From IMG/VR virus record IMGVR_UViG_2529293138_000008, positions 1 through 35,920 of that record: 35,920 nt of DNA. The stretch is one strand, 5' to 3'. A program made the position numbers and the translations under genes. The first letter of the stretch is position 1, and each line of letters begins with the position of its first letter. This document shows positions 1 through 8,606 of this stretch, one piece after another. The stretch is from a virus (taxonomy: Duplodnaviria; Heunggongvirae; Uroviricota; Caudoviricetes). The notes beneath the pieces are model-generated. The model made no database searches. It was not told the DNA's origin and saw only the letters and a program-made list of their open reading frames with translations.

Positions 1-57
1 GGTATCCGTTCTGCTGAAGTGTCATGGCGTTGATTTTACGGTGACTCTTCGACAGTG

Positions 58-83
58 AAAAGAAAAAAGGCCGCAGAGCGGCC
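58..83 (-). terminator. Rho-independent terminator candidate for the int-cargo operon
   Basis: Perfect hairpin ggccgc-aga-gcggcc at 69-83; on the minus strand it is followed by a U-run (reverse complement of aaaagaaaaaa at 58-68). Lies about 125 bp downstream of the last minus-strand gene. Confidence 0.45.
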
Positions 84-208
84 ATAAACACAAATAAAAA
101 TCAATAAGTTAGATAATTATCAAAGACTTACAGACACACAAAAACACAGCCAACCACAACAAATAACAGGGATGTGGTCACTTTGTGGATCATATCGCCG
201 CCATAAAT

Positions 209-646
209 TTACTTAATAACAGTAACCACAGCCACAAGCACGGCCATCGCAGACAGGACAATACCTGTGAGTAACCAAGTCTGATTTGCAAATGATTTCT
301 GAAGTTCAGTACGATGCTCAGCCATCTCAACTTTCAGAGACTGGCGTAAATCAGCCATCTCAGACTTCAGGGATTGGCGAGATTCTGCCATCTCAAGCCT
401 CAACCCTTCGCGAATCTCCAGTACATCAGATTTGGTAGCAAAGGATTCGCTTCTTGTGGTGAGAGTAATCAGGTTGTTTTTGATTTCAGTCACATCACTT
501 TCCAGGCAACTGACCCGCCGTTCAAGGTCGTCATTCATGCCATCACCTCCATCATTACCACTTCCTGTTACTTGGTTGTTGGATACATTATAGGCATTCT
601 CTTTCTTTTTTCTGAACCGCGAAATATGTGCAACATTCTCTGCCAT
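209..646 (-). CDS. Hypothetical coiled-coil protein with C-terminal transmembrane anchor (cargo)
   Basis: ORF track 209..649. Start likely the ATG at 646 overlapping the upstream TGA stop (TGATG coupling); an alternative ATG at 538 has a strong GGAGGTGA SD. Four tandem 11-residue repeats ending in EMA/SFA, then hydrophobic tail LLTGIVLSAMAVLVAVVTVIK. Confidence 0.5.
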   Translation of the reverse strand: MAENVAHISRFRKKKENAYNVSNNQVTGSGNDGGDGMNDDLERRVSCLESDVTEIKNNLITLTTRSESFATKSDVLEIREGLRLEMAESRQSLKSEMADLRQSLKVEMAEHRTELQKSFANQTWLLTGIVLSAMAVLVAVVTVIK

Positions 647-1008
647 CACTTCTCATCACCCTGCTTGCCTACCCAGTTCATAAAGGCCCGGGCCGAGTAA
701 CGATGAACAAACCCACATCTGTTACAGGTAAGTCGGAATTCATAGTTATGGATATTTTCCCGATCATGTCCCTCATATCCCGGATACCCAGTAAATGGAC
801 CGATGTAATCAAGCATAACAAAAGTGCCTAAATCACACTCCTCAGCAGTTTTCGGCTCAGGCCCCACCTCAACAATATTCGTCAAATACATGTACATATC
901 CGTATCGCCACACGACAAACATTTTTCATTCGTAGACGACTCATTGAGAAAACGCGCAAAATTATCGAGCGTTGCCATTCTTTTAAGCTCATCTAAATGA
1001 AACTTCAC
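646..1008 (-). CDS. Hypothetical Cys-rich protein (CxxC ... CxxC), cargo downstream of int
   Basis: ORF track 646..1008. GTG start preceded by a perfect AGGAGGTG SD with 7-nt spacer. Two CxxCG motifs (CLSCG, CNRCG) suggest a zinc ribbon. Start abuts the int stop. Confidence 0.55.
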   Translation of the reverse strand: MKFHLDELKRMATLDNFARFLNESSTNEKCLSCGDTDMYMYLTNIVEVGPEPKTAEECDLGTFVMLDYIGPFTGYPGYEGHDRENIHNYEFRLTCNRCGFVHRYSARAFMNWVGKQGDEK

Positions 1009-1010
1009 TC

Positions 1011-1988
1011 TTAAGCACCTCCTAGTGGATTAAACCTCACCGCATCCTGCAGGTAATCCGGCGCAAGATGGGCATAAATCATCGTTGTCTGAATCTTTGC
1101 GTGCCCCAGAATTTTCTGGAGCGTGAGAATATTGCCACCGTTCATCATGAAATGACTGGCGAAGGTGTGACGCAGCGCATGAACAGCCTGGCCGTCAGGA
1201 ACATCAGGTGCGACCGTTTTGATGACATCGCGAACCAATGAATAATCCAGCGTCGGAAACACCAGTTTCCCGCCCCGTTTTTTGATCTTTTCAAACAGGC
1301 TTTCAGAAATAGGAACGGTACGGTTTTTGCTGTTCTTCGTTTTTGAAAAAGTGATTCGACAATGAAGAACACGGCGCTGCTCCAGTACCGCTACCTCGCC
1401 CCATCGCGCCCCGGTCGACAGAAGGATTTCGACAGCCAGCCGTTCATCGGGATTTTCAGCCAATGCATCCAGCAACTGAACACATTCAGACTTACTCAGA
1501 TATCCCATTTCGCGCTCGTTAACCTTCATTCCTTTAAGGCCTTGAACGGGGTTATCGTTAAGAAAATGGCCGGATGAGATGAGTGCGGTAAACATCGCGC
1601 TTAACGCCCCAATCTCTCGATTTATGGTGCTGGGCTGTATCCCCTGCTCTATCCTGGACACACGTAGCTCGGTGAGCATCGTTGTATTAAGTTTATGCAC
1701 GCACGGGTCATCCATTGCCTCACTCAAGCGCAGCAATTTAAGGCGCGTGTTATGCCCTGACTTCATTAGCTGGCCGTGGTATTTCCACCACAAGTCAATA
1801 AGCACTGACAGAGGACGGCGATCAATAGAGTTTCCTTTCCACTCATTGTTATGCTGTTGCGCCAGCACCCACCGCTCATATAAAACTGCATCCGATTTCG
1901 TTTTAAATTTTTTGCGAATGCGTTTGCCTTTACGCCCCTCAGGGCGCATGTCAAGAAGATACCCTCCCGGAATTGATTTTATGCTCAT
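1011..1988 (-). CDS. int: Tyrosine site-specific integrase (P2/186 family)
   Basis: ORF track 1011..2138; start trimmed to internal MSIKS (1988), which matches the P2/186 Int N-terminus and avoids overlap with the repressor. C-terminal HALRHTFASHFMMNGGNILTLQKILGH...IYAHLAPDYLQDAVRFNPL is the catalytic R-H-R-Y region, recalled as near-identical in pattern to 186/P2 Int. Confidence 0.9.
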   Translation of the reverse strand: MSIKSIPGGYLLDMRPEGRKGKRIRKKFKTKSDAVLYERWVLAQQHNNEWKGNSIDRRPLSVLIDLWWKYHGQLMKSGHNTRLKLLRLSEAMDDPCVHKLNTTMLTELRVSRIEQGIQPSTINREIGALSAMFTALISSGHFLNDNPVQGLKGMKVNEREMGYLSKSECVQLLDALAENPDERLAVEILLSTGARWGEVAVLEQRRVLHCRITFSKTKNSKNRTVPISESLFEKIKKRGGKLVFPTLDYSLVRDVIKTVAPDVPDGQAVHALRHTFASHFMMNGGNILTLQKILGHAKIQTTMIYAHLAPDYLQDAVRFNPLGGA

Positions 1989-2037
1989 TCGTGAAACCCC
2001 AGCGTTACAAGACCACCATGCCCCCAGCGCTCCATGA

Positions 2038-2349
2038 TTAGCCGGGCTGTGTACCAGTCTTGCGGGATTTTTGAGAAGACGATGTGTTTTCTGGCCCATC
2101 AGGGGAGAGAGAGGGACTGATCTGCCCAGCAGCCTCATTTGTTTTTCCCGTCATAAGCCATATAGTGTATTTTTCGAAATCCTTAGAATTAATTACGCGA
2201 TCAACAACGCTTAAACCAACCTCTCTTTTACCGCTCTCATAATTCTTTATAGTTCCGAGATTTATCCCAGTAACATCAGCAAACTCAGCTTGAGTTAACC
2301 CTTCACTTTTCCGTATCTCTTTCAGTTTTTTTTCGTACCCACTTGACAT
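2038..2349 (-). CDS. Immunity repressor, HTH (XRE-like), P2 C-type
   Basis: 103 aa. N-terminal LTQAEFADVTGINLGTIKNYESGKR is a classic helix-turn-helix. Position is immediately upstream of int, same strand, divergent from the early operon. Confidence 0.8.
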   Translation of the reverse strand: MSSGYEKKLKEIRKSEGLTQAEFADVTGINLGTIKNYESGKREVGLSVVDRVINSKDFEKYTIWLMTGKTNEAAGQISPSLSPDGPENTSSSQKSRKTGTQPG

Positions 2350-2376
2350 GGTGGTCTCCAGACGACCAAATTAACC

Positions 2377-2404
2377 CTAAAAGTCGCCTAGAGACGACTT
2401 TTAG
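2377..2404. promoter_or_regulatory. Operator: perfect 10-bp inverted repeat in the lysis/lysogeny switch region
   Basis: ctaaaagtcg-N8-cgacttttag read directly from the sequence. Sits between the divergent repressor start (2349) and cox-like start (2441). A related half-site agacgac occurs at about 2361-2367. Confidence 0.5.
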
Positions 2405-2440
2405 CAACAAATAACCACAGACTGAACAGGTTATCACATC

Positions 2441-2719
2441 ATGACAAAGCTCTTGAACACATACGAGCAAGCGGATTTTGAGCGTTTGGCGGCGTTCTAC
2501 CCATACCGCGATGAGCATGGATTACCGGTACTCGAAGAAAGCCTGAAAGATTACGCGAAGCGTACCAATCAAACTGTTAATGCAGTGAAAAGGCAGGCTG
2601 ACAGAGCAGCCCTTCCCATCAACCAAGAAGAAAAAAACTCAAAACGTACAGTAAATCTCTTCGCAATTTTCCTGAAAACCATCAGAAACGCAGAGAAATA
2701 CGTGCAGATGACAAAATAA
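2441..2719 (+). CDS. cox: Cox/Apl-like excisionase-regulator, first gene of early operon
   Basis: 92 aa. Central segment DYAKRTNQTVNAVKRQADRAALP resembles the HTH region of P2 Cox (from memory). Position is divergent from the repressor. Confidence 0.55.
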   Translation: MTKLLNTYEQADFERLAAFYPYRDEHGLPVLEESLKDYAKRTNQTVNAVKRQADRAALPINQEEKNSKRTVNLFAIFLKTIRNAEKYVQMTK

Positions 2720-2733
2720 CGAGGTGTCATTTT

Positions 2734-3072
2734 ATGCTGAAGCAACGCCGTAATTTTCGCACCGAAACGGAACGCCAAGCTAACCGTTTCGCTACCAGCG
2801 CATCACGCAGCAACATCCGCTACAGCCTGAGCGAGACGCACGCAACGCCAGATGGCCATACAGTAAAACAAATTGGCGAACACACCTGGCTGATTGAAAA
2901 AGCTGGAATCGTGGTTCACAGATGCCAACGCAACCCATTTACCGGAAACCGCATTTTTGCACTAAGCAGCGGCGACAATCAGTTCGGGCAGGATTTCACA
3001 TTATACGAAGCACTTCGCACGGTTGATCGTCTGCTTCGCGGGCAAAGTTTTATTAAACAGACTGATTTATAA
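2734..3072 (+). CDS. Hypothetical early protein
   Basis: 112-aa ORF in the early operon, tightly packed after the cox-like gene. No domain recognised. Confidence 0.5.
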   Translation: MLKQRRNFRTETERQANRFATSASRSNIRYSLSETHATPDGHTVKQIGEHTWLIEKAGIVVHRCQRNPFTGNRIFALSSGDNQFGQDFTLYEALRTVDRLLRGQSFIKQTDL

Positions 3073-3082
3073 CAGGTGCGTT

Positions 3083-3361
3083 ATGATCAAAGAGCATGCA
3101 CAAGGTGTATTTATCCGTTTTATTGATTTTCGCGGTGAACTGTTATTGCGCGCATCAGCTATTGATGGAGTTGTCCCATCAGAAAAAAATGCAGCTACTT
3201 ACGTTTATCTGAACGGCACGCGCCTGACCGTAGAACTTCCGTACCAGACTGTACAAGGAATCATTAGCGAAGCTGAAAAAGCACGTAAGATTAATGGCGA
3301 TGAACCCTATATCGAAATTATTTGTATGGATTCAGAAGCTGAAATTCAGAAAGCAGATTAA
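3083..3361 (+). CDS. Hypothetical early protein
   Basis: ORF track 3023..3361; start moved to ATG 3083, which follows an aggtg SD. No domain recognised. Confidence 0.5.
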   Translation: MIKEHAQGVFIRFIDFRGELLLRASAIDGVVPSEKNAATYVYLNGTRLTVELPYQTVQGIISEAEKARKINGDEPYIEIICMDSEAEIQKAD

Positions 3362-3372
3362 AGGGCGTTGCG

Positions 3373-3615
3373 ATGGGCAAAGAATATAAAACTCTCATTA
3401 ACAAAGCACTTGAGCGTTTTTATTTTCGCTTAAGTGCATCAGGTGCTCATGCTGAACGTGCAGCCCGTGACTCATTGACCAGGGCAATCCGGAGTCTGTA
3501 TGACGTGGCTTTTTACGCTGATGATCTGGATGCACTTAACGAACTTTCCGAGCTGATCTGTGCCGCAGAATGCGGGGAGCATATTGAACCGTATAAGCTA
3601 GGGAATATTGCATGA
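3373..3615 (+). CDS. Hypothetical early protein
   Basis: 80-aa ORF, co-directional and tightly spaced in the early operon. Confidence 0.5.
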   Translation: MGKEYKTLINKALERFYFRLSASGAHAERAARDSLTRAIRSLYDVAFYADDLDALNELSELICAAECGEHIEPYKLGNIA

Positions 3616-3725
3616 GTATATTTATCTCATGGCTTGTTCTGATTATTTCGGTGGTCTGCGCCATTGGGATTATGCAAATTATTCATTCAGTAAAAAAGAT
3701 TGAACGCTTTTTCACTGGCGAATAA
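3612..3725 (+). CDS. Small hydrophobic peptide (37 aa, one predicted TM helix)
   Basis: ATG at 3612 overlaps the previous stop (ATGA). Translation MSIFISWLVLIISVVCAIGIMQIIHSVKKIERFFTGE. Not in the ORF track because of its length. Confidence 0.3.
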   Translation: MSIFISWLVLIISVVCAIGIMQIIHSVKKIERFFTGE

Positions 3726-3812
3726 CAGCGCAAATAAAAACCCTAGGTTAAATAAGAAAATGTAAAAACAATCCGCATTCGCGGAGGTATTCGCACACGC
3801 CCAGGAGGCGTA

Positions 3813-4016
3813 ATGGCAATTAAGCATTTTCCTGTCGTTCGTTTCACTTCCAGAGGACGTGAATACGAAGTCGACGAACGCCTGATTACCACAATCGACA
3901 AACACCGCTCAGAAAAGGATGCACACCACATCTATCTCACTGACGGTACTTACTTCTGCGCCACTAATGTGGCGCGGGTGAATCTTATCCGACAGGTACA
4001 GGATCCACGTAAATGA
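3813..4016 (+). CDS. Hypothetical early protein
   Basis: 67-aa ORF with a caggagg SD upstream. Confidence 0.5.
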   Translation: MAIKHFPVVRFTSRGREYEVDERLITTIDKHRSEKDAHHIYLTDGTYFCATNVARVNLIRQVQDPRK

Positions 4017-4231
4017 GCAGGAGAAGAATCACTCGCAGACATCACCGCACACACCTGAATTCCTCAGCAACGCTAAAGGCACTTATTCAAAGCGAGATCG
4101 GTGATTTCTTCGCGGGAGTTGGCTCACTAGGTGAACCAGAAACACCAGAAGCGATGCAGCGTGAGCTCATGATACGCATAGATAACACTTTTGATTTCTT
4201 CTACAGCATGCACGGAATTAAACAGAAATGA
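4013..4231 (+). CDS. Hypothetical early protein (basic N-terminus)
   Basis: 72-aa ORF; start overlaps the previous stop (ATGA coupling). Confidence 0.45.
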   Translation: MSRRRITRRHHRTHLNSSATLKALIQSEIGDFFAGVGSLGEPETPEAMQRELMIRIDNTFDFFYSMHGIKQK

Positions 4232-4339
4232 ACCTCAAGCCAGCAATAACTACTCGTAGAACGCCAATTTCTGTAACCGACCGCTTCTGAGTTTTTTGGC
4301 AGGAAGCCTTCGCACATCCTTAGTAGAGAGAATTGCAGC

Positions 4340-4729
4340 ATGATTGACGCTCATGACTTCACAAGATGGGTGCGCACACAGGACACCCGTCTGGCTCCCG
4401 TTCTCCAAGGATTATTTGATCTTTACATCCGTGGTCGTGACAACAGAGCACGCACTACAAAACCGGAGAATGTGGATACCCTTTATTTCACCGTAGACGA
4501 CTGCTACCGCGTGGACTTCACACCACACGGACTGGCGTTGCACTGCCTGACACCGCACGGCGAATCACTGCTGGCATATTACGACTCCCCGGCCTCCGTA
4601 TTTGCGGCAATGCTGGCGCATCGCACTGCTGGCGGGTGTGCCTCGCTGAGTGAATACACCGCTGAATTTAACCGCCTTTCCACCATCTTCTTGCAGGAGT
4701 GGCAGCGCGTGACGGGATACCAGCCATGA
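4340..4729 (+). CDS. Hypothetical early protein
   Basis: 129-aa ORF immediately upstream of the replication gene; its stop overlaps the A start (ATGA). Confidence 0.5.
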   Translation: MIDAHDFTRWVRTQDTRLAPVLQGLFDLYIRGRDNRARTTKPENVDTLYFTVDDCYRVDFTPHGLALHCLTPHGESLLAYYDSPASVFAAMLAHRTAGGCASLSEYTAEFNRLSTIFLQEWQRVTGYQP

Positions 4730-7566
4730 GTGAGTTTGCATGGAGCTGGAATGAACCACGACCAGCCATTGATCCGGCCAGATTTACGGAGCACAGGCAG
4801 GAAACTGAAACCGACCTGCAACGCGCCATCCGTTACTACCTTGAGGCAGACAAAAAGGCTCTGGAAGAACAGGAAGCGAAGGAGGAAGCCTTTTTCGCAC
4901 AATCCACCGTGGGTAAAAAACTCATGGCATCCCTTGAGGAAGCCGGACAGCGTGAAAAGCTGGCACAAAGCATCATCAGCAAGCGTCAGGCAACAGAACA
5001 AGACCCGGTGGCCCGTGCTTTTGCCACACTGAAGGTGCTTCCCGTTTATCTGCGTGAACCTCTGAGCCGCCACCTCTCTTTCCTGCGCAAAAAACAGGAA
5101 GCCGATCGCCAGAAAGGCAAAAAGAGCTGGCAGGCTGAACGCTACGCGCGCGGAACCCTGCGCAAAATATTCGAACGTCTGGACCGCACCGATCACCGCT
5201 GGCTGACACCGGGTTATCGCTCCCTTGCCGGACGCGAACGCCTGGACGATTTGCTTTACCTGCCGCAGCTCAACAAACACCAGATACAGACGCTGGCCAC
5301 CATGACGGCGGCGATGTTCAGCAGCACCTTCGAAAAACTCTGCGATGGCTTTGGCGCGACTGATGGCGAACTGACCATGGATGTAACGCTGAAGGCGTAT
5401 CAGATGCTGGCCCGCATGGCGTTACACCTGCACGCCATGCCTCCACATTATGACGCACTGACAACAGACAAAGACCGGAGGAACGAACCGGACACGGAGC
5501 TGCTGCCGGGCGCAATCCTTCGCCTGACCTGTGCGGAATGGTGGAAACGCAAACTGTGGCTGTTACGTTGCGAGTGGAGAGAAGAACAACTCCGCGCCGC
5601 CTGTCTGGTTTCCAGAAAAACATCACCCTATCTGAGCCAGGACGCGTTAAGCGAGTTTCGCGCACAGCGCGAGAAAACACGCGATTTCCTGAAAAGTTTC
5701 ATGCTGGAAAATGAAGACGGGTTCACGATTGATCTCGAGACAGTGTATTACGCGGGAGTAAGTAACCCGGTTCACCGTAAGGCAGAAATGATGGCCACCA
5801 TGAAGGGACTGGAACTTCTGGCCGAAGCCCGTGGCGACAGAGCGGTGTTTCTGACTGTCACCTGCCCGTCAAAATACCACGCAACAACGGAGAACGGTCA
5901 TCCGAACCCCAAATGGAACGGGGCCACCATGCGCGACTCCAGCGATTACCTGGTTAACACGTTTTTTGCGGCGGTCCGCAAGAAACTGAACCGCGACGGC
6001 CTGCGCTGGTATGGCATCCGCACGGTGGAGCCTCACCATGACGGCACCGTGCACTGGCATATGATGGTCTTTGCTCATCCGGAAGAAATCGACACCATTG
6101 TGTCCCACACCCGCGATATTGCCATTCAGGAAGATTGTCACGAGCTGGGCGATGATATTACTCCGCGCTTTAAGGCGGAGTATGTCGACGGCTCAAAAGG
6201 CACGCCAACCAGCTACATCGCCACCTACATCGGAAAAAACCTGGACAGCCGCGCCGTGGATGGCATCGACCCGAAAACAGGCAAACCACGCGTTGACCAC
6301 GAAACCGGAAAATCAATGGCGGAGAGCGTGGAGCGCGCCATCGGCTGGGCGCGCCTTCACCGGGTCCGCCAGTTCCAGTTCTTTGGCATCCCCTCCCGTC
6401 AGGTGTGGCGTGAACTGCGCCGCCTTGCCAGCCAGATGGCACGCAACCCGGAAGGCCCGCAACGGCTGAAGGACGACGCAATGGATGCGGTACTCGCTGC
6501 CGCTGATGCCGGGTGTTTTGCCTCCTACATTGAAAAACAGGGTGGCGTACTTGTTCCACGCAAGGACTACCTGATTCGCACCGCCTACGACCTCGCAGAT
6601 GAGCTGAACGATTACGGCGAACAGAGCGTACAGATTTACGGGATCTGGTCACCACTCATCGGGGAATCCTCCCGTGTGTGCACGCACCCGGATAACTGGA
6701 AGCTGGTAAGACGTAAACCGGAAGCGGAAGACAGCGCCCGCGAAAATGGTTTTGACCTTCAGGGCGGCCCTGCCGCCCCTTGGACTCGTGGCAATAACTG
6801 TCCCCGTGTACAGGAAACGGACAACAACGGGACAGAACAGCCGGAAGAACGGCCAGCACCGTGGCCGCAGCTCCCTGACGGCGTTGAAGTAAACGAATGG
6901 ATGCGCTCACTGAAACGGCACGAACGCCGGGCGCTGATGCGTTCGCTTCGTGACAAACAGGCAAAAAACAGCAGTGATGAAATGCAGAGCTGGACACAGA
7001 GCCGCAAACAGCAGCGGCCTTTGCCTGATAACCACGAGTTACTCGCTAAAGAATGGCGGGAGTCTGCCGAATCTCTCGGCCTGCATATCGGTGAACAGCA
7101 GATGCAGCACCTGTTACGGGGCGGCAGCCTGTACGTTGACGGCAGCATCATTGCACCGCAGGGATATGAAATTGTACGCAAACCGGATACCCGCCCGGAC
7201 AGCCGGATCACGCAGCTCTGGCAACGCCTGAGCCGTAATCACGGCGTAAGCAGCACGGAGATCCGCCATAACCCGGTCGCCAGCTATCTGGAACAACTAG
7301 GGGCATCAGCCCCTGAAGCCGCCGCACGCCTGGCATCCACACTTCAGCAGAACCAGAACACCATGAAAACACCCGTTACCGTACTTTCTGACATGCTGCG
7401 CGCTATCCGTGACGCAGAGCACGCACAGAGAATCAGTGAAACCACTGAACGCGCCCGCCGCAAAGCAGACCTGCTGCGGGGTGGCCTGACCAGTGGAAAC
7501 AAAAAACAGACAGAAACGGGATTCACAAATCCCGTAAATGAGCAAAAGACGCGCCGCGATATATGA
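4726..7566 (+). CDS. A: Rolling-circle replication initiation protein (P2 gpA-like)
   Basis: ORF track 4699..7566; ATG 4726 chosen for stop-start coupling. Contains a metal-binding HWHMMVFAH motif and an active-site tyrosine region YIATYIGK. Position after the early genes matches P2/186. Longer than P2 A as I recall it. Confidence 0.85.
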   Translation: MSEFAWSWNEPRPAIDPARFTEHRQETETDLQRAIRYYLEADKKALEEQEAKEEAFFAQSTVGKKLMASLEEAGQREKLAQSIISKRQATEQDPVARAFATLKVLPVYLREPLSRHLSFLRKKQEADRQKGKKSWQAERYARGTLRKIFERLDRTDHRWLTPGYRSLAGRERLDDLLYLPQLNKHQIQTLATMTAAMFSSTFEKLCDGFGATDGELTMDVTLKAYQMLARMALHLHAMPPHYDALTTDKDRRNEPDTELLPGAILRLTCAEWWKRKLWLLRCEWREEQLRAACLVSRKTSPYLSQDALSEFRAQREKTRDFLKSFMLENEDGFTIDLETVYYAGVSNPVHRKAEMMATMKGLELLAEARGDRAVFLTVTCPSKYHATTENGHPNPKWNGATMRDSSDYLVNTFFAAVRKKLNRDGLRWYGIRTVEPHHDGTVHWHMMVFAHPEEIDTIVSHTRDIAIQEDCHELGDDITPRFKAEYVDGSKGTPTSYIATYIGKNLDSRAVDGIDPKTGKPRVDHETGKSMAESVERAIGWARLHRVRQFQFFGIPSRQVWRELRRLASQMARNPEGPQRLKDDAMDAVLAAADAGCFASYIEKQGGVLVPRKDYLIRTAYDLADELNDYGEQSVQIYGIWSPLIGESSRVCTHPDNWKLVRRKPEAEDSARENGFDLQGGPAAPWTRGNNCPRVQETDNNGTEQPEERPAPWPQLPDGVEVNEWMRSLKRHERRALMRSLRDKQAKNSSDEMQSWTQSRKQQRPLPDNHELLAKEWRESAESLGLHIGEQQMQHLLRGGSLYVDGSIIAPQGYEIVRKPDTRPDSRITQLWQRLSRNHGVSSTEIRHNPVASYLEQLGASAPEAAARLASTLQQNQNTMKTPVTVLSDMLRAIRDAEHAQRISETTERARRKADLLRGGLTSGNKKQTETGFTNPVNEQKTRRDI
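7516..7535. repeat. 20-bp palindrome acgggatt-caca-aatcccgt (copy 1, inside 3' end of A)
   Basis: Read directly: 8-bp inverted arms with 4-bp spacer; conserved flanks aaacggg...cccgtaaa shared with copy 2. Confidence 0.6.
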
Positions 7567-7588
7567 AGCGCGCACAAAACAGGCAAAA

Positions 7589-7608
7589 ACGGGATTTCAG
7601 AATCCCGT
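7589..7608. repeat. 20-bp palindrome acgggatt-tcag-aatcccgt (copy 2, upstream of parM-like gene); candidate centromere or operator
   Basis: Same arms as copy 1, about 73 bp away centre to centre; lies in the 76-bp gap between A and the ParM-like gene. Confidence 0.6.
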
Positions 7609-7642
7609 AAACGATTAATTAATCAACACAAGGAAAATCGAC

Positions 7643-8602
7643 ATGAAAATTTGTATCGACGACGGCTCCACCAACATCAAGCTGGCATGGACTGAGAACG
7701 GCGAACGCCGCAACGCCATCAGCCCGAACAGCTTCAAGTCGGAATGGTCTGCGCCGTTCGGTGGCACGACGCCTGCAAACTACATGCTTGATGGCGTGCG
7801 CTATGGTTTTGATCCGGTCAGCGATCGCTTTGTCCAGACGACCGACACGCAATATCAGTACAGCGATGTGAATGTCATTGCCATACATCACGCACTGCTC
7901 AAATCAGGCATCACACCACAGGAAGTGGATGTGGTTGTCACCCTGCCACTGAGCGAGTATTTCGACACAAACGCCCAGCCGGATATGACCAACATCAACC
8001 GCAAAAAAGCGAACGTTATGCGACCGGTGGAATACCAGAACGGCGAAGCATTCACTATCCGTAATGTACGGGTTATGCCTGAATCCATTCCGGCTGGCTT
8101 TAAAGCACTGGCTGACATGAGTCCGTTTGAATCCCTGCTGATTGTGGATTTGGGCGGAACCACGCTGGATGTGGCAAAGGTTCAGGGACAACTGGCAGGT
8201 ATCAGCCAGGTGTTTTGCGATCCACACGTAGGCGTTTCACTGATGACCGATGCAGTGCTGTCGGTGATGGCCACCAACGGTATGCGTACCAGCCACCACA
8301 TCGCCAATACCATTATCGAACATCGCCACGATGAAACCTGGCTGCGCCAGCACATCCACAATGACGCGCATTACGCCAGCCTGATGGCGGTTATTAGTGA
8401 AAAGGAAGAAACACTGAAACAACGCGTGATCCGTGCGCTGGCGGGTTTTTCGGGTTACGGGCGGGTGATGGTTGTCGGTGGCGGGGCGGAGATTGTGGCA
8501 CCCGCTATCCGCGAAGCCTGCGGAGTTAATGCGACTTTCATCGCGGACGGGGTGCCACAGTTTGCTCTGGTTAATGGGCTGTACGCAATGGACAAGGAGT
8601 AA
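7643..8602 (+). CDS. parM: ParM/StbA-like actin-type segregation ATPase
   Basis: N-terminus MKICIDDGSTNIKLAW matches plasmid R1 ParM (MLVFIDDGSTNIKLQW, from memory). Further matches recalled: ISPNSFK, YSDVNVIAIHHALL, VMPESIPAG, DLGGTTLD, GGGAE. Length 319 aa, same as ParM. Confidence 0.8.
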   Translation: MKICIDDGSTNIKLAWTENGERRNAISPNSFKSEWSAPFGGTTPANYMLDGVRYGFDPVSDRFVQTTDTQYQYSDVNVIAIHHALLKSGITPQEVDVVVTLPLSEYFDTNAQPDMTNINRKKANVMRPVEYQNGEAFTIRNVRVMPESIPAGFKALADMSPFESLLIVDLGGTTLDVAKVQGQLAGISQVFCDPHVGVSLMTDAVLSVMATNGMRTSHHIANTIIEHRHDETWLRQHIHNDAHYASLMAVISEKEETLKQRVIRALAGFSGYGRVMVVGGGAEIVAPAIREACGVNATFIADGVPQFALVNGLYAMDKE

Positions 8603-8606
8603 ACCA

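Noticed and set aside
2441-2719. Calling the first early gene definitively Cox rather than Apl or another regulator
   Set aside because: Only a short HTH-like stretch resembles P2 Cox from memory; retained as cox-like with moderate confidence, not as a firm ortholog.
4579-5280. 233-aa minus-strand ORF and other antisense ORFs inside gene A (for example 6170..6655, 6759..7211, 7306..7586)
   Set aside because: Antisense to the well-supported replication gene, Cys/Arg-rich, no start context; shadow ORFs.
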